From the IMG/VR virus record IMGVR_UViG_2854558644_000001: a DNA stretch of 62,938 nt. One strand, written 5' to 3'. Within the stretch, counting starts at the first letter, position 1, and every line of letters begins with the position of its first letter. The notes beneath the pieces are model-generated. The model was not told where the DNA came from, did not search any database, and worked only from the letters and a program-made list of their open reading frames with translations. Both the position numbers and the translations under genes were made by a program. The stretch is from a virus (taxonomy: Duplodnaviria > Heunggongvirae > Uroviricota > Caudoviricetes). This document shows, piece by piece, positions 29,287 to 38,942 of the stretch.

Positions 29287-30393
29287 TTATACTGTATTCA
29301 ATTGTCTTAATGTTTCTACACATCTCTTTAATGTTTTACAAAACGTATTCAGTTCAGTAATCTCTTCTTTACCACTTGTAATTCTTATACAACTATTTAT
29401 ATCTTCTTTGTTCATTTTGATAGCCAATAGAGTAGAAGATAGTGTTAAATCACCACTTGTACAAGCACTTCCTGTTGACACCTGATATCCGTTCATATCA
29501 AGTAATGTCATTAATGATTCACCCTGTATTCCTTTAAAACATATGTATAGATTATGTGGTAATCTATGCTTCAAATCAGCTCCAACCAAATATGAATCTA
29601 GAATATTATTTTTAATGTAACTATAGATATAATCACGATTATTAGATGTAATAGAAGAGCAATCATAATTCTCAACTGCCTTACCAAGTGCAGCTATACC
29701 TATTACATTTTCAGTACCACCAAATAAGCCTTGTTCCTGAGAACCATATATAAGAGGTTCAAGTTCAATAAATGACTTTTTGTATAAAACACCAGTACCT
29801 TTTAATGCTCCAAGTTTATGTGCTGAGAATCCTATACCATCAACATCTAAAGTTCTTATATTTACAGGGATTTGACTAATAGAGCCTGTACAATCTACAT
29901 AGATTATTGCGTTATAAAAATGACACATTTCAATAATCTGTTTCACGTCTTGAATAGTTCCTATCTCAGAATTAGCATATTCTATGACTACAAGCTTCTT
30001 CATTGTATCAGATGATAGACACTCCTTAAGATCTTGAATATCTATTCTTCCCGTGTGATCAACTTTGAGTGGACACTTATATTTGAGTGATTCTATACAT
30101 TTCAACACCGATTTATGAGAAGTAGGAGAGTATAACACTCTACATTCATTTCTCTGAGTATAACCTTTAATAAAAAGCGTATTGTTGGCTGAACCGCCAG
30201 ATGTGAAGATAATGTCTTTAGGATCTGTACTAATGAATTTGGCGACATTATTTCGTGCTGTGGTAATTATTTGTTTCGCATTAACACCAGACTGATACAT
30301 TGACGATGGATTCTGGTATGTGTCCAAAAGAGATATAATATAATCCTTAACTTCCGATTTTAATGGAGTGGTCGAAGCATTGTCTAAGTACAT
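29287..30393 (-). CDS. iscS: Cysteine desulfurase, IscS/NifS family
   Basis: YLDNASTT, FTSGGS, SAHK (PLP lysine), GGTEN and STGSACTS (catalytic Cys). Confidence 0.9.
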   Translation of the reverse strand: MYLDNASTTPLKSEVKDYIISLLDTYQNPSSMYQSGVNAKQIITTARNNVAKFISTDPKDIIFTSGGSANNTLFIKGYTQRNECRVLYSPTSHKSVLKCIESLKYKCPLKVDHTGRIDIQDLKECLSSDTMKKLVVIEYANSEIGTIQDVKQIIEMCHFYNAIIYVDCTGSISQIPVNIRTLDVDGIGFSAHKLGALKGTGVLYKKSFIELEPLIYGSQEQGLFGGTENVIGIAALGKAVENYDCSSITSNNRDYIYSYIKNNILDSYLVGADLKHRLPHNLYICFKGIQGESLMTLLDMNGYQVSTGSACTSGDLTLSSTLLAIKMNKEDINSCIRITSGKEEITELNTFCKTLKRCVETLRQLNTV

Positions 30394-30404
30394 TCAATCA
30401 CCAC

Positions 30405-30587
30405 CTAATCTAAGTTATATTTAGAATACATTTCAGATAAAGCATCCCATAATCGTTTTTCTTTTTTATACTTCCATACTGAAATTTTATCTTCGTTCAT
30501 GTATACCCATGTATAACGAATCCCCTTATCACGAAGAAATTTCATTTCTTCTACATAGGAAGTCGAATATTCTTTGTCAAATTTCAT
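30405..30587 (-). CDS. Hypothetical protein
   Basis: 60 aa with GAAAGGA RBS. Confidence 0.6.
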   Translation of the reverse strand: MKFDKEYSTSYVEEMKFLRDKGIRYTWVYMNEDKISVWKYKKEKRLWDALSEMYSKYNLD

Positions 30588-30678
30588 AATTTCCTTTCAT
30601 TCCATAAGCGTAAAAAATAGGGAATACAAAATTCACAACATATGAAAATGTATTCCCTAAAATTCACACTCTCATATA

Positions 30679-31020
30679 TCAATCATTTATTGTAGAAATA
30701 GGTTTCTTTTTATTTCCACTTTTTATTTTAAACTCGTTGTCTTTGGTATCTGTGTTTTTAATATCTTCCTTATTAATATCTTCAATAAGTTTTTTTATAT
30801 TGTCCTTAAAAACACCAGAAACATCACATTTTGATAATCTTACTTTTGCTGATTCTTTAGTAATTGCATTTTGAGCATAGTCACTAACTGTCTCAAACAC
30901 AGTTTTACAATTTTCTGTATCAAAAATATTTTTCCATACAGGGAGATTCAAACTGCTTGGACAAGAACCGCAATACTCATAAGGTTTACCACAAGTAAGA
31001 CAAATTCTATTATTTGCCAT
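30679..31020 (-). CDS. Cys-motif tail-module protein
   Basis: CLTCGKPYEYCGSC...CKTVF; follows the tail tube gene. Confidence 0.6.
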   Translation of the reverse strand: MANNRICLTCGKPYEYCGSCPSSLNLPVWKNIFDTENCKTVFETVSDYAQNAITKESAKVRLSKCDVSGVFKDNIKKLIEDINKEDIKNTDTKDNEFKIKSGNKKKPISTIND

Positions 31021-31079
31021 TTTAAGTTCTCACTCCTTTGCATAAATAAAGAGAGTGGTAATAATCCACCCTCTAAAAA

Positions 31080-31870
31080 TTATTCTGCATCAACTTCATC
31101 AGCATCATAAATGTTATAAAGTACCTTATCTGTTCCACAGTAATCAATCTCAAGATCTCCCTTAAAATCCATTTCGGCAGAATCTGCATTAATTGGAACT
31201 GTTGTTTCAGGAGACACCTGGAATGATGGGAACTCAATATAATCTGCCTTTAATTCATTCTTCTTGCATGGATTGTAATATGTAGCCTTAATAATGAATT
31301 TTACAGAATTTGGGAACTCATCAGCCTTATTCTGAATCATAGCACCTGTTTCAGATTCTCTAAGATACTTAATAAAGAACATATCGGCTTCTGTATCTGT
31401 AGGAAGAGAGAGTTTCCCAGAAGTAGACTCTATTGCAAACTTTTCTGTATCTGCCGCTTCACCCAATGTATATGTTTTTCCAATAGAACCATCACCAAAA
31501 TACTGAGCAACTTTTACGCTACCTGCAACATAATCTTTGATTGTAACATCAGTACCTTTCTTAACATGGAACATCTTTGGCATTGTTACCTTATTGCCAT
31601 TAGAAGCAAAAATAGGTGTTGTTCCTGCTGAAGCAGCTATAATGTTTGTATTAACGAATGCATTTTTAGCAGAAAATGTACCAGCCTTTGATTTCCAGAT
31701 TTTCTTAACTAAATTACCATTCTTATCTTTTACTTCTGTAGATTCAGCAGTTACTTCGACACTACCATCTGATAACTGAGTAAGTACATATAAAGGATTT
31801 GTTGTAGTTAAATCTTCTGCATAGCCATAAAGAATTTCTTTATAAAGTTTATCGCCTAATCTAAAAGCCA
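31080..31870 (-). CDS. Major tail (tube) protein
   Basis: Beta-rich, MAFRLGDK start after AGGAGG, ends ADSAEMDFKGDLEIDYC; position after neck genes. Confidence 0.65.
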
Positions 31871-31912
31871 TATTTTTATTCCTCCTTAAAATTGTTTTTA
31901 TAAAATAAAAAA

Positions 31913-32770
31913 TCATGCTGTGATTTTTACATCACGCATGAAATTAAATTCGTTTTTATCCACTTTACTTAAATCACACATACCACTATACATTCCACCA
32001 AATAGGGCACGAGTTGATTCATAAATTTGAAGTCGCTGAATGTTATACATAAATTCAAAATATCCGACTTCACGTAATTCATTTTTTTTGTAATGACAAC
32101 CAGGATGATTAAGATAAAAAGCAATCATTGATAGAAGACTTTGCTGATTTTTATTTTCAGAGGCTTCTTTTTTCTTTTGAATTAATTTCTGCCTATCTTT
32201 ATTTATCAAATCCTGTTTAAGTGTCTTATTAGATGTGAATTCTTCTTCTGGTGGGAAAGAGTTAAACATAAACTGTATATATTTACACATCTTATTTCTT
32301 GTATCTTCGTCTATTTCCAAATCTAATTCTTGACTATATAAAGTTAATGCGGTATCTCTATTAACCTGCTTTTGATATAATTTAAATGTGGAAAAATCAA
32401 TATCTCCAAATATTAATTTTGAATAATTGAAATCTATTGATTTTATGAGAATTGAGAACAGTTCAAGATTACTGATTTTATTCCAATCAATGCCCATATC
32501 CCAAAGTTGAAGTCTATAAGCCGTTGTATTCGATACAAATGGTGTAATTACTCCATAAATATCAGTTTCACTATTTGAATCAATAAAGTCTTGAATAGAT
32601 GGTTGATGAATTATAATTTTTTCATTTATTACATAATCTTCACCAAAATACATTTTTAAAGGATTGAATCCTAATTCTTCAACTTCTTGAATCTGTTCAT
32701 CTGAAAGTTGTTGTTCTATAGTTTGCTGAATAAAAGAATTATTAGAAAACATTTTATCCATTATTACCAC
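31913..32770 (-). CDS. Tail or neck assembly protein
   Basis: 285 aa; positional. Confidence 0.5.
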   Translation of the reverse strand: MVIMDKMFSNNSFIQQTIEQQLSDEQIQEVEELGFNPLKMYFGEDYVINEKIIIHQPSIQDFIDSNSETDIYGVITPFVSNTTAYRLQLWDMGIDWNKISNLELFSILIKSIDFNYSKLIFGDIDFSTFKLYQKQVNRDTALTLYSQELDLEIDEDTRNKMCKYIQFMFNSFPPEEEFTSNKTLKQDLINKDRQKLIQKKKEASENKNQQSLLSMIAFYLNHPGCHYKKNELREVGYFEFMYNIQRLQIYESTRALFGGMYSGMCDLSKVDKNEFNFMRDVKITA

Positions 32771-33411
32771 CTCTTATTCTTATAAGAAGTAGTACCATTT
32801 GAAGAAATAACAAGATCGTTTGGAAGTACACATTGATACTGTAATGTACGAACAAGATAATTATTATCTGTTGTAGATTCTTTATTACATATTGGTGTAG
32901 GTTTTTCAATTTCAAAACCAGTCCATGCAAAATTCTCCCTAATAAGCGCAGCTAATAAATCATGTCTTGGTATACCAGTTAATTTATCAACTCTATCATT
33001 TCCATGTACAAAAATGGTAAATGTGATATTAAGAAGTTTTTCAGTAGGATTATATCTGACATTTTCATCAGTTCCTACTTGATAACAAATATAATGTTTA
33101 ACTTCTGTCTGAGTATCAGGAATAAATAAGAATGGACGTATATTTGCTGTACTACCAATATAATTATCCCATTCTCCAAGTGGTTCATATTCACCTAATT
33201 CTTCATTCCATTCCCAATTAATATTTCCGTCATCATCAAAAAGTTCTGATTCAAGTTTTTTTTCATTAAGTGCATATAATATTTCAGGACACTGTAGAAA
33301 AATCTTTTCAATTTTTTTTTTGATACGAATCACATCATCATCAGGAGATTCTTTATAAGCACGAAGTTTTGTAAGTAAATCTTTTTTAGTTATCATTTTA
33401 TTTTTTGCCAT
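32764..33411 (-). CDS. Tail terminator / neck protein
   Basis: 215 aa; TFTIFVH...RHDLLAALIRENF pattern; positional. Confidence 0.5.
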   Translation of the reverse strand: MAKNKMITKKDLLTKLRAYKESPDDDVIRIKKKIEKIFLQCPEILYALNEKKLESELFDDDGNINWEWNEELGEYEPLGEWDNYIGSTANIRPFLFIPDTQTEVKHYICYQVGTDENVRYNPTEKLLNITFTIFVHGNDRVDKLTGIPRHDLLAALIRENFAWTGFEIEKPTPICNKESTTDNNYLVRTLQYQCVLPNDLVISSNGTTSYKNKRW

Positions 33412-33421
33412 AAAACACCTC

Positions 33422-34702
33422 CTATTCGATTAATTCCAACGGCAAAATTTCAGATTTAATCGGCAAGTAATCCTTAACAATTTCACACTTAATAGACAGT
33501 ATTTTGCCGATAACGGAAGTGTCATTAGGAAACTTTACTTTCTTTTGGTTGTACTCTGTACCAGCTCGCCATGTAACTTTATCAGTCCAATCTTCATCGT
33601 CAATAGAGCAAGTCCATGTAAAAGTTGCATCAGCATATTCAGTTGTAATATCTTCATTGGAATCATTAAATAGATTTGCTGTGAGATTTTTATAGCTGCC
33701 ACCAACTTTGATTGTTGAAGTGGATGCTGAAATTCTTGCTGTAATAGAAGATGGGGGAGTGGTTGGAGTAGATGGATCTGTTGGAGCGATTTCTGAATCG
33801 AAATAGTTCGCATACATTTCGCCTGTTTCAAGATTGACATAATCAGTATGCTCGTTAAAGAAATTGGTGTACAGTGTAAGTTTTTGTAACCCTAGAGTAG
33901 AAGCCGTCTCACATTTTGTCACAGTCCATACAGTCGGGTGTTCAGTTAATGCACTTACGATTACACGCATATTCTTTGCATCATCATCTGTATACCAGAA
34001 TTTTTCTGTTATAGAATTCATTGGCAACCAAACTTTTGACTGATTATCAGTATGTGTAAAATATCGGTCTGTGTAAGTCCCTATAGTGTAGGAATTCTGT
34101 TGTCTTAAACAACACCACATACGTCTCTTGATGCGCTTATCGTTAGATTTTTCAATCCATGTAAGTTCGTAATTGACTGGTAAAATCAGATACTTTGGAA
34201 ACTGATTTGCAGGTTCATCACGACAGACAATCCACTTATGATAAATTCCTCTATCATCTGGAACGTCCACGAAAAGTCCTATCGGAAATGTTGCCCCATA
34301 GCGTTTCCTAAAATCAGTCTCATAATAATAAAGGTCATCACCTTCATTGAATCTTACAGGCTGACTTGGACGAAACATAAGATAGTATTCTACTTGATCT
34401 TTGTCCATTGACTGATAAGATTTGACAATAAACTTTGCGTCAATCTTTGTCTTATTGGTATTTTCATAAGTCATACCTTCAGCAAGAGAACGTGTAATTC
34501 CATGTTCGTCTGCGAAGAAGTCATCATGAAAATAGTCATAAATGTAACAAGTCTTGGAAGCAATACTGTTATCCCAAGTTTCTTCCATCAAAAAATCAGA
34601 TTCTTCTTTATAAATCTGACCTAAAGTTTTCGCATTATTTGTTTTGGCGTTAGCGATTCGCCGTGCTGTCTGTAAGCTTGGCATCACCGACACCTCCTTC
34701 AA
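33422..34702 (-). CDS. Head-closure protein with C-terminal Ig-like domain
   Basis: C-terminal TIKVGGSYKNLTANLF...FTWTC Ig-like region; positional. Confidence 0.55.
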   Translation of the reverse strand: MKEVSVMPSLQTARRIANAKTNNAKTLGQIYKEESDFLMEETWDNSIASKTCYIYDYFHDDFFADEHGITRSLAEGMTYENTNKTKIDAKFIVKSYQSMDKDQVEYYLMFRPSQPVRFNEGDDLYYYETDFRKRYGATFPIGLFVDVPDDRGIYHKWIVCRDEPANQFPKYLILPVNYELTWIEKSNDKRIKRRMWCCLRQQNSYTIGTYTDRYFTHTDNQSKVWLPMNSITEKFWYTDDDAKNMRVIVSALTEHPTVWTVTKCETASTLGLQKLTLYTNFFNEHTDYVNLETGEMYANYFDSEIAPTDPSTPTTPPSSITARISASTSTIKVGGSYKNLTANLFNDSNEDITTEYADATFTWTCSIDDEDWTDKVTWRAGTEYNQKKVKFPNDTSVIGKILSIKCEIVKDYLPIKSEILPLELIE

Positions 34703-35027
34703 ACATCTGCTTAATGTAATTGTGACTATCTAAAATAGCCCTACGAAATGTCATGTAATCAAACTCATCGGATGTAACTTCGTCATAAGCGGCTTGCAAA
34801 GTAGCCATTAGTGTGACCATAATTCCATTATTATTAAATAGAGTTTTTGTTCCACTAAATTTAAACATGACATTCTGAAAAAATATAAGAAAAGCTTCAT
34901 CATTCTCAAATATTTTTTCTACTATTCGATTATCCTTATAAAGTAATAACTTATGGACATCGTTATGCATTGCATGTGCAACTTCTTTAATTTGTCTTTT
35001 AGTGAACGAACCATATATATATTCCAT
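34650..35027 (-). CDS. Hypothetical head-tail region protein
   Basis: 125-aa ORF in operon. Confidence 0.55.
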   Translation of the reverse strand: MEYIYGSFTKRQIKEVAHAMHNDVHKLLLYKDNRIVEKIFENDEAFLIFFQNVMFKFSGTKTLFNNNGIMVTLMATLQAAYDEVTSDEFDYMTFRRAILDSHNYIKQMFEGGVGDAKLTDSTANR

Positions 35028-35029
35028 AG

Positions 35030-35482
35030 TTATTCACCTCGCACATATGAATTATTAATATATCCATGACTTGCAAGTTTTCTACTAAATTCATGCTGTA
35101 ATGTATCCAATCTACTTTGCATATCTTTATATGGATTCTGCATGTTTTTTTCTTCTTTTGTCCCTAAAGCTCTAGCAGTAAATTTTGCAGAGTCAACCTG
35201 TGGTTTTAACCATTCAATTGTCATTCCAAGAGTGAACAATCCTATAACATATTCCTTATCTGCAAAATCGCTAACAGGATATTGCATCTCAAATTCAATC
35301 TGTTGGATTTCATCATCCATATTAAATGAAGCGAATTTTCTAATAACTCGTTCATCACCTGCAACCATGCGTAAGCGTTCAGTCCATGTTTCATTAAGAT
35401 CGTTTTCGTCAAGAGAAAGTTCTTTCATATCTGAAATTCGTCCTCTTGCTCGTGAAAAAATTGTTTCGTATGGAAGCGTCAT
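35030..35482 (-). CDS. Head-tail adaptor-like protein
   Basis: 150-aa helical protein downstream of capsid. Confidence 0.55.
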   Translation of the reverse strand: MTLPYETIFSRARGRISDMKELSLDENDLNETWTERLRMVAGDERVIRKFASFNMDDEIQQIEFEMQYPVSDFADKEYVIGLFTLGMTIEWLKPQVDSAKFTARALGTKEEKNMQNPYKDMQSRLDTLQHEFSRKLASHGYINNSYVRGE

Positions 35483-35497
35483 TGTGAGCCTCCTTTA

Positions 35498-36040
35498 CTA
35501 TTCCTGAACTAATGTAAGTAACATTTTTGTACCAAAAATTTCATCAAGAGCCTTAATTCTGTGAACTGAATCAAGAGCGTGAGATTCAATCATTGTAGAA
35601 GCAATACCTTTAAGGGCTTCCTTTGCTCCCTTTGGAAGTTTCTTAATTGTTTCTGACATCTGTGGAACAGGAAGATTTAAAATCTCATTTAAGTCACTTG
35701 TTTCATACATAGACTCATATAAGTCTTTTACAGATTTATTCTGTTCAACAAAATCTTCATCTTCAATAATAATTCTTGGTGAATAAATGTTTACATCTTC
35801 ACGAGTTCTAACGAGATAAATTAAATCTCTATATTCAACATCAACTACATCTCCACAATCAGCCCAACTATAAAGGATATGTGAACGTGCTCCCTCGATA
35901 TAAAGTCCACCACTTACTAATGAACGACATGAAATAGTATCTTCGGGTGAAAATGTTTTAATATTTTCTTTAACTTCTGTAGTTTTTGTTGCCTTTTCTG
36001 TACTGTCAGTAGTAGCAGTAGTTTTCTTTGTATATGCCAT
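35498..36040 (-). CDS. Hypothetical virion-associated protein
   Basis: 180 aa, directly after the major capsid gene. Confidence 0.55.
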   Translation of the reverse strand: MAYTKKTTATTDSTEKATKTTEVKENIKTFSPEDTISCRSLVSGGLYIEGARSHILYSWADCGDVVDVEYRDLIYLVRTREDVNIYSPRIIIEDEDFVEQNKSVKDLYESMYETSDLNEILNLPVPQMSETIKKLPKGAKEALKGIASTMIESHALDSVHRIKALDEIFGTKMLLTLVQE

Positions 36041-36111
36041 TTCCTTTCAATTCCTTTCAAAATTAGGAGAGTGGCAATCCACTCTCCATATAATTAACCT
36101 ATAAGTAAATC

Positions 36112-36790
36112 TTACAGATCCCACTCACCATGATAACGAGTCATAAGAGTTGCAACACCCATACGTCTCTGTACCTCATAAGACTGCATATCATCCTTAG
36201 TAGCACCCTTTTCGTTTACTTCAAGTTCAGTCTCTCCATAGTCAACAAACTTGATAAATCTATCATCAACTGCTGGCATGATATAGAGCTTCTTGTTATC
36301 AACGATAGGAGTAGCAAGAGACTTATCAGTAAACTTCTGTGGAATCTCCATAAGAGGTGTTCCTTCGTAGCCACCGATAATACCTGTGTTTGCTACAGAC
36401 TCCTTGATTGAATTAGCAGGATCAGCCCAATCAACCTTTGTAAGAGCATTAAGAGACTTTAATGCTGTCTTAGTACCCATGATTACAACACCGCTTTCGT
36501 TAGCAGCACCAACCTTTTCGATAATTGCATCAAACTGAGCTTTTGTAGAAGCAGCCAAAGCACCAGTACCCTTGAGAGTAGCAGGAACAGGAATAAGGTT
36601 TACACCATTTGCAAACTGAGAAGAAATGAGTGTCTGAACCTTCTGGATATAAGCCTTAACAACCGCATCCACGAAAGCACCCCAATCCTTACGACCAGTT
36701 AAGAAAAGACGAATATCTCCACCAACCTTGATACCATATACTGCTGTATCAACATGATAAGACTGACCAGAACCTAAACGCTGGATAGAT
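36112..36790 (-). CDS. Major capsid protein, exon 2
   Basis: Open frame (L)SIQRLGSGQSYHVDTAVYGIKVGGD... continues into the 36112-36672 ORF. Confidence 0.85.
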
Positions 36791-37964
36791 CTTTATGTTT
36801 AACTTATATATTATTTTCCACAAATTGCCAGTGATAACCACCAGCCGTTTTTCTATTTCCTTTACACACTTCTAATATGGAAGTTGTAATTTTTAATTGT
36901 TTCTGTGCTTCAGCAGAACACTCATATATTTTATTTGTTTCAATACACAATACAGGTGTTAAATTTCTATATTTTGAAATATGTCCTTTTTGTGCTTCTG
37001 ATATTTTCTGCCTTGCTTCTTTTGTATGAGTTTTACCATACATTCCATTATTTTCACCAAGAATTTTTGCTTTTATTTCTGGATTACTCCATTGCTTAAA
37101 GGCTCTTTTTGAAAGTTCTTCTTTTTTATTTGGATTTTCTTCGTAATATTTTTTTAATGATTGTTTTCTTCTTTTATTAGCTTCTTTAGAAACCGATCCG
37201 TCCTGACCACCATTTTTATCGTTATATCCATAGTGTTCATTTAATGTTTTAAATGTATCTATGTAATATATTTCTTTTTCATCCAAATTCTCTTTTGAAC
37301 ATTTTTCTAATATATAAAACTTAAAATTATCTTCTCCATATTTATTCCATGAATTTTGCAAATGCCCATTACAATGACAATGTCTATTTAATTCACCTTT
37401 ATGAGAAGACCATCTATTATATATATTGACTGATTGACCTATATATTTTTTCTTGTTTATTAAATTCTCGATGCAATAAATTCCACAAATAGTATTTTCT
37501 TTACTTCTCAATTGCATCATCTCGTTTCTATTTTTACGTTTTGGAAAATAATATTTTATTGGGACGTTGCTCCCAGTTGAGTTAATAACTCCTCATACTT
37601 TCATATGAGAACAGACTATATCTTCATCCAATTTTGGATGTGTACCATTTCCATTTAAGGGATTTTCACCCACTCACTTGAGCCGTACTCCTGTTGTTAT
37701 ATTTCTATAACCAATGGGATAGTCGTTGAGCGTTTCTCTATTCGAGACTTCGATGCTGATTGCCCATTTTATTATTCTCTGTTTAAAAGAATAATTAGCA
37801 TTTAGGATTTAACCTTGTGCCATTTAATCACTTTTTTCTACTTTCGTAACTTTCACGCTTGACTATATTTCATGTCTACGTTGTAGTGTGACTAACTTTA
37901 GGGGTTTCCAGCAGTTAAATACATATTTTTTCATGCAACTTACGCTACACGGACTCTACTATCA
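36791..37964 (-). mobile_element. Group I intron (1174 nt) in the major capsid gene
   Basis: P1 GACUU/GAGUC with U.G at the 5' splice site; P4 UGCUG/CAGCA; R UCAACGACUA (37729-20); S AAGAUAUAGUCU (37624-13); P8 CAUCC/GGAUG; P9 with GAAA loop; terminal G at 36791; join HDL-SIQRL in frame. Confidence 0.92.
36804..37520 (-). CDS. GIY-YIG homing endonuclease (intron-encoded)
   Basis: GIYCIENLINKKKYIGQS...R; NUMOD3-like GENNGMYGKTHTKEARQKIS; C-terminal NUMOD1-like ...KTAGGYHW. Confidence 0.92.
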   Translation of the reverse strand: MMQLRSKENTICGIYCIENLINKKKYIGQSVNIYNRWSSHKGELNRHCHCNGHLQNSWNKYGEDNFKFYILEKCSKENLDEKEIYYIDTFKTLNEHYGYNDKNGGQDGSVSKEANKRRKQSLKKYYEENPNKKEELSKRAFKQWSNPEIKAKILGENNGMYGKTHTKEARQKISEAQKGHISKYRNLTPVLCIETNKIYECSAEAQKQLKITTSILEVCKGNRKTAGGYHWQFVENNI

Positions 37965-38344
37965 AAGTCATGTGAATCACCTGAAACCTTACTTACAGTA
38001 AGTAATACTTCATCATCAGCCCAGAATTCATTTACGTCTCCATCTTTCATATTCTTTGACTCAACATAATTGTTGAAAAACTCATTCTCAGAAAGACCAT
38101 GAGCAATCTGAGTATCAATAATTTCCTCAATTACCTCGAAGAACTGTGTTCCTCTCTCAGAATTTAACGCTCTCTTAATCTGCTTATTAGAAGAATCCTT
38201 GGTAAGTCCAAGGTATTCAAAACAAGCCTTTCTAATTGTGTCACTAGCTTCTGCCTTAGAAATTACACGATTAGAATCGGTATCATAAATTTCACGACCT
38301 GCACCGAGGTCAAACATAAGATTTTTTACACTTGTATCTAACAT
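37965..38344 (-). CDS. Major capsid protein, exon 1
   Basis: 380 nt plus 679 nt of exon 2 gives 1059 nt (352 aa); follows the protease and decoration genes. Confidence 0.85.
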
Positions 38345-38369
38345 TTATTTATTTCTCCTTTCTCAAAAA

Positions 38370-38864
38370 TTAGGCTTTCTTTGTAAGCTGCATAGCGGCA
38401 GTTACACCAGAAATAGCTTTGAGTTCAACACCGTCTTTAACAGCGATTTCACCAGAAAATCCATCTGCTGAAATTTCAACTACATCACCAACTGCGAGTT
38501 CATAAGCTCTAACTACCTGAGTAGGAGCATTTGTATAGTTGCTTTCTTTCTTAAATGTGTTGCTATATGTCTCCTCGATCATTGGCACCTGGTATACAAA
38601 CAGGGCATCTCCAGGAGTTACTACTTCTACATAGAAATTCCCATTATTTGCCTTACCAACGACCTTTCCTTCAAATGAAGTAGGTGCTGCTGCTTTATAA
38701 AGATCTAACTCTACGAATTCACCCTTACCAACGAACCATCCGTTGTCTACATAAGCACTTGCTGCTTCTGCTAACTGAATGTTATAAATATGCTTTCCAC
38801 CATCTCTTGCGAGAACTTTAGAAGGGAAAGCCACTGCATGTTTTGCAATAGTCATCTGAATCAT
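38370..38864 (-). CDS. Capsid decoration / minor head protein
   Basis: 164 aa, beta-rich, between the protease/scaffold and capsid genes. Confidence 0.55.
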   Translation of the reverse strand: MIQMTIAKHAVAFPSKVLARDGGKHIYNIQLAEAASAYVDNGWFVGKGEFVELDLYKAAAPTSFEGKVVGKANNGNFYVEVVTPGDALFVYQVPMIEETYSNTFKKESNYTNAPTQVVRAYELAVGDVVEISADGFSGEIAVKDGVELKAISGVTAAMQLTKKA

Positions 38865-38942
38865 TTATTTTTCCTCCTTAAATTTTTGCATTAAAAAAGA
38901 CACTCAATTTGAGTGTCATTACATTGATTTATATTTCTTGTT

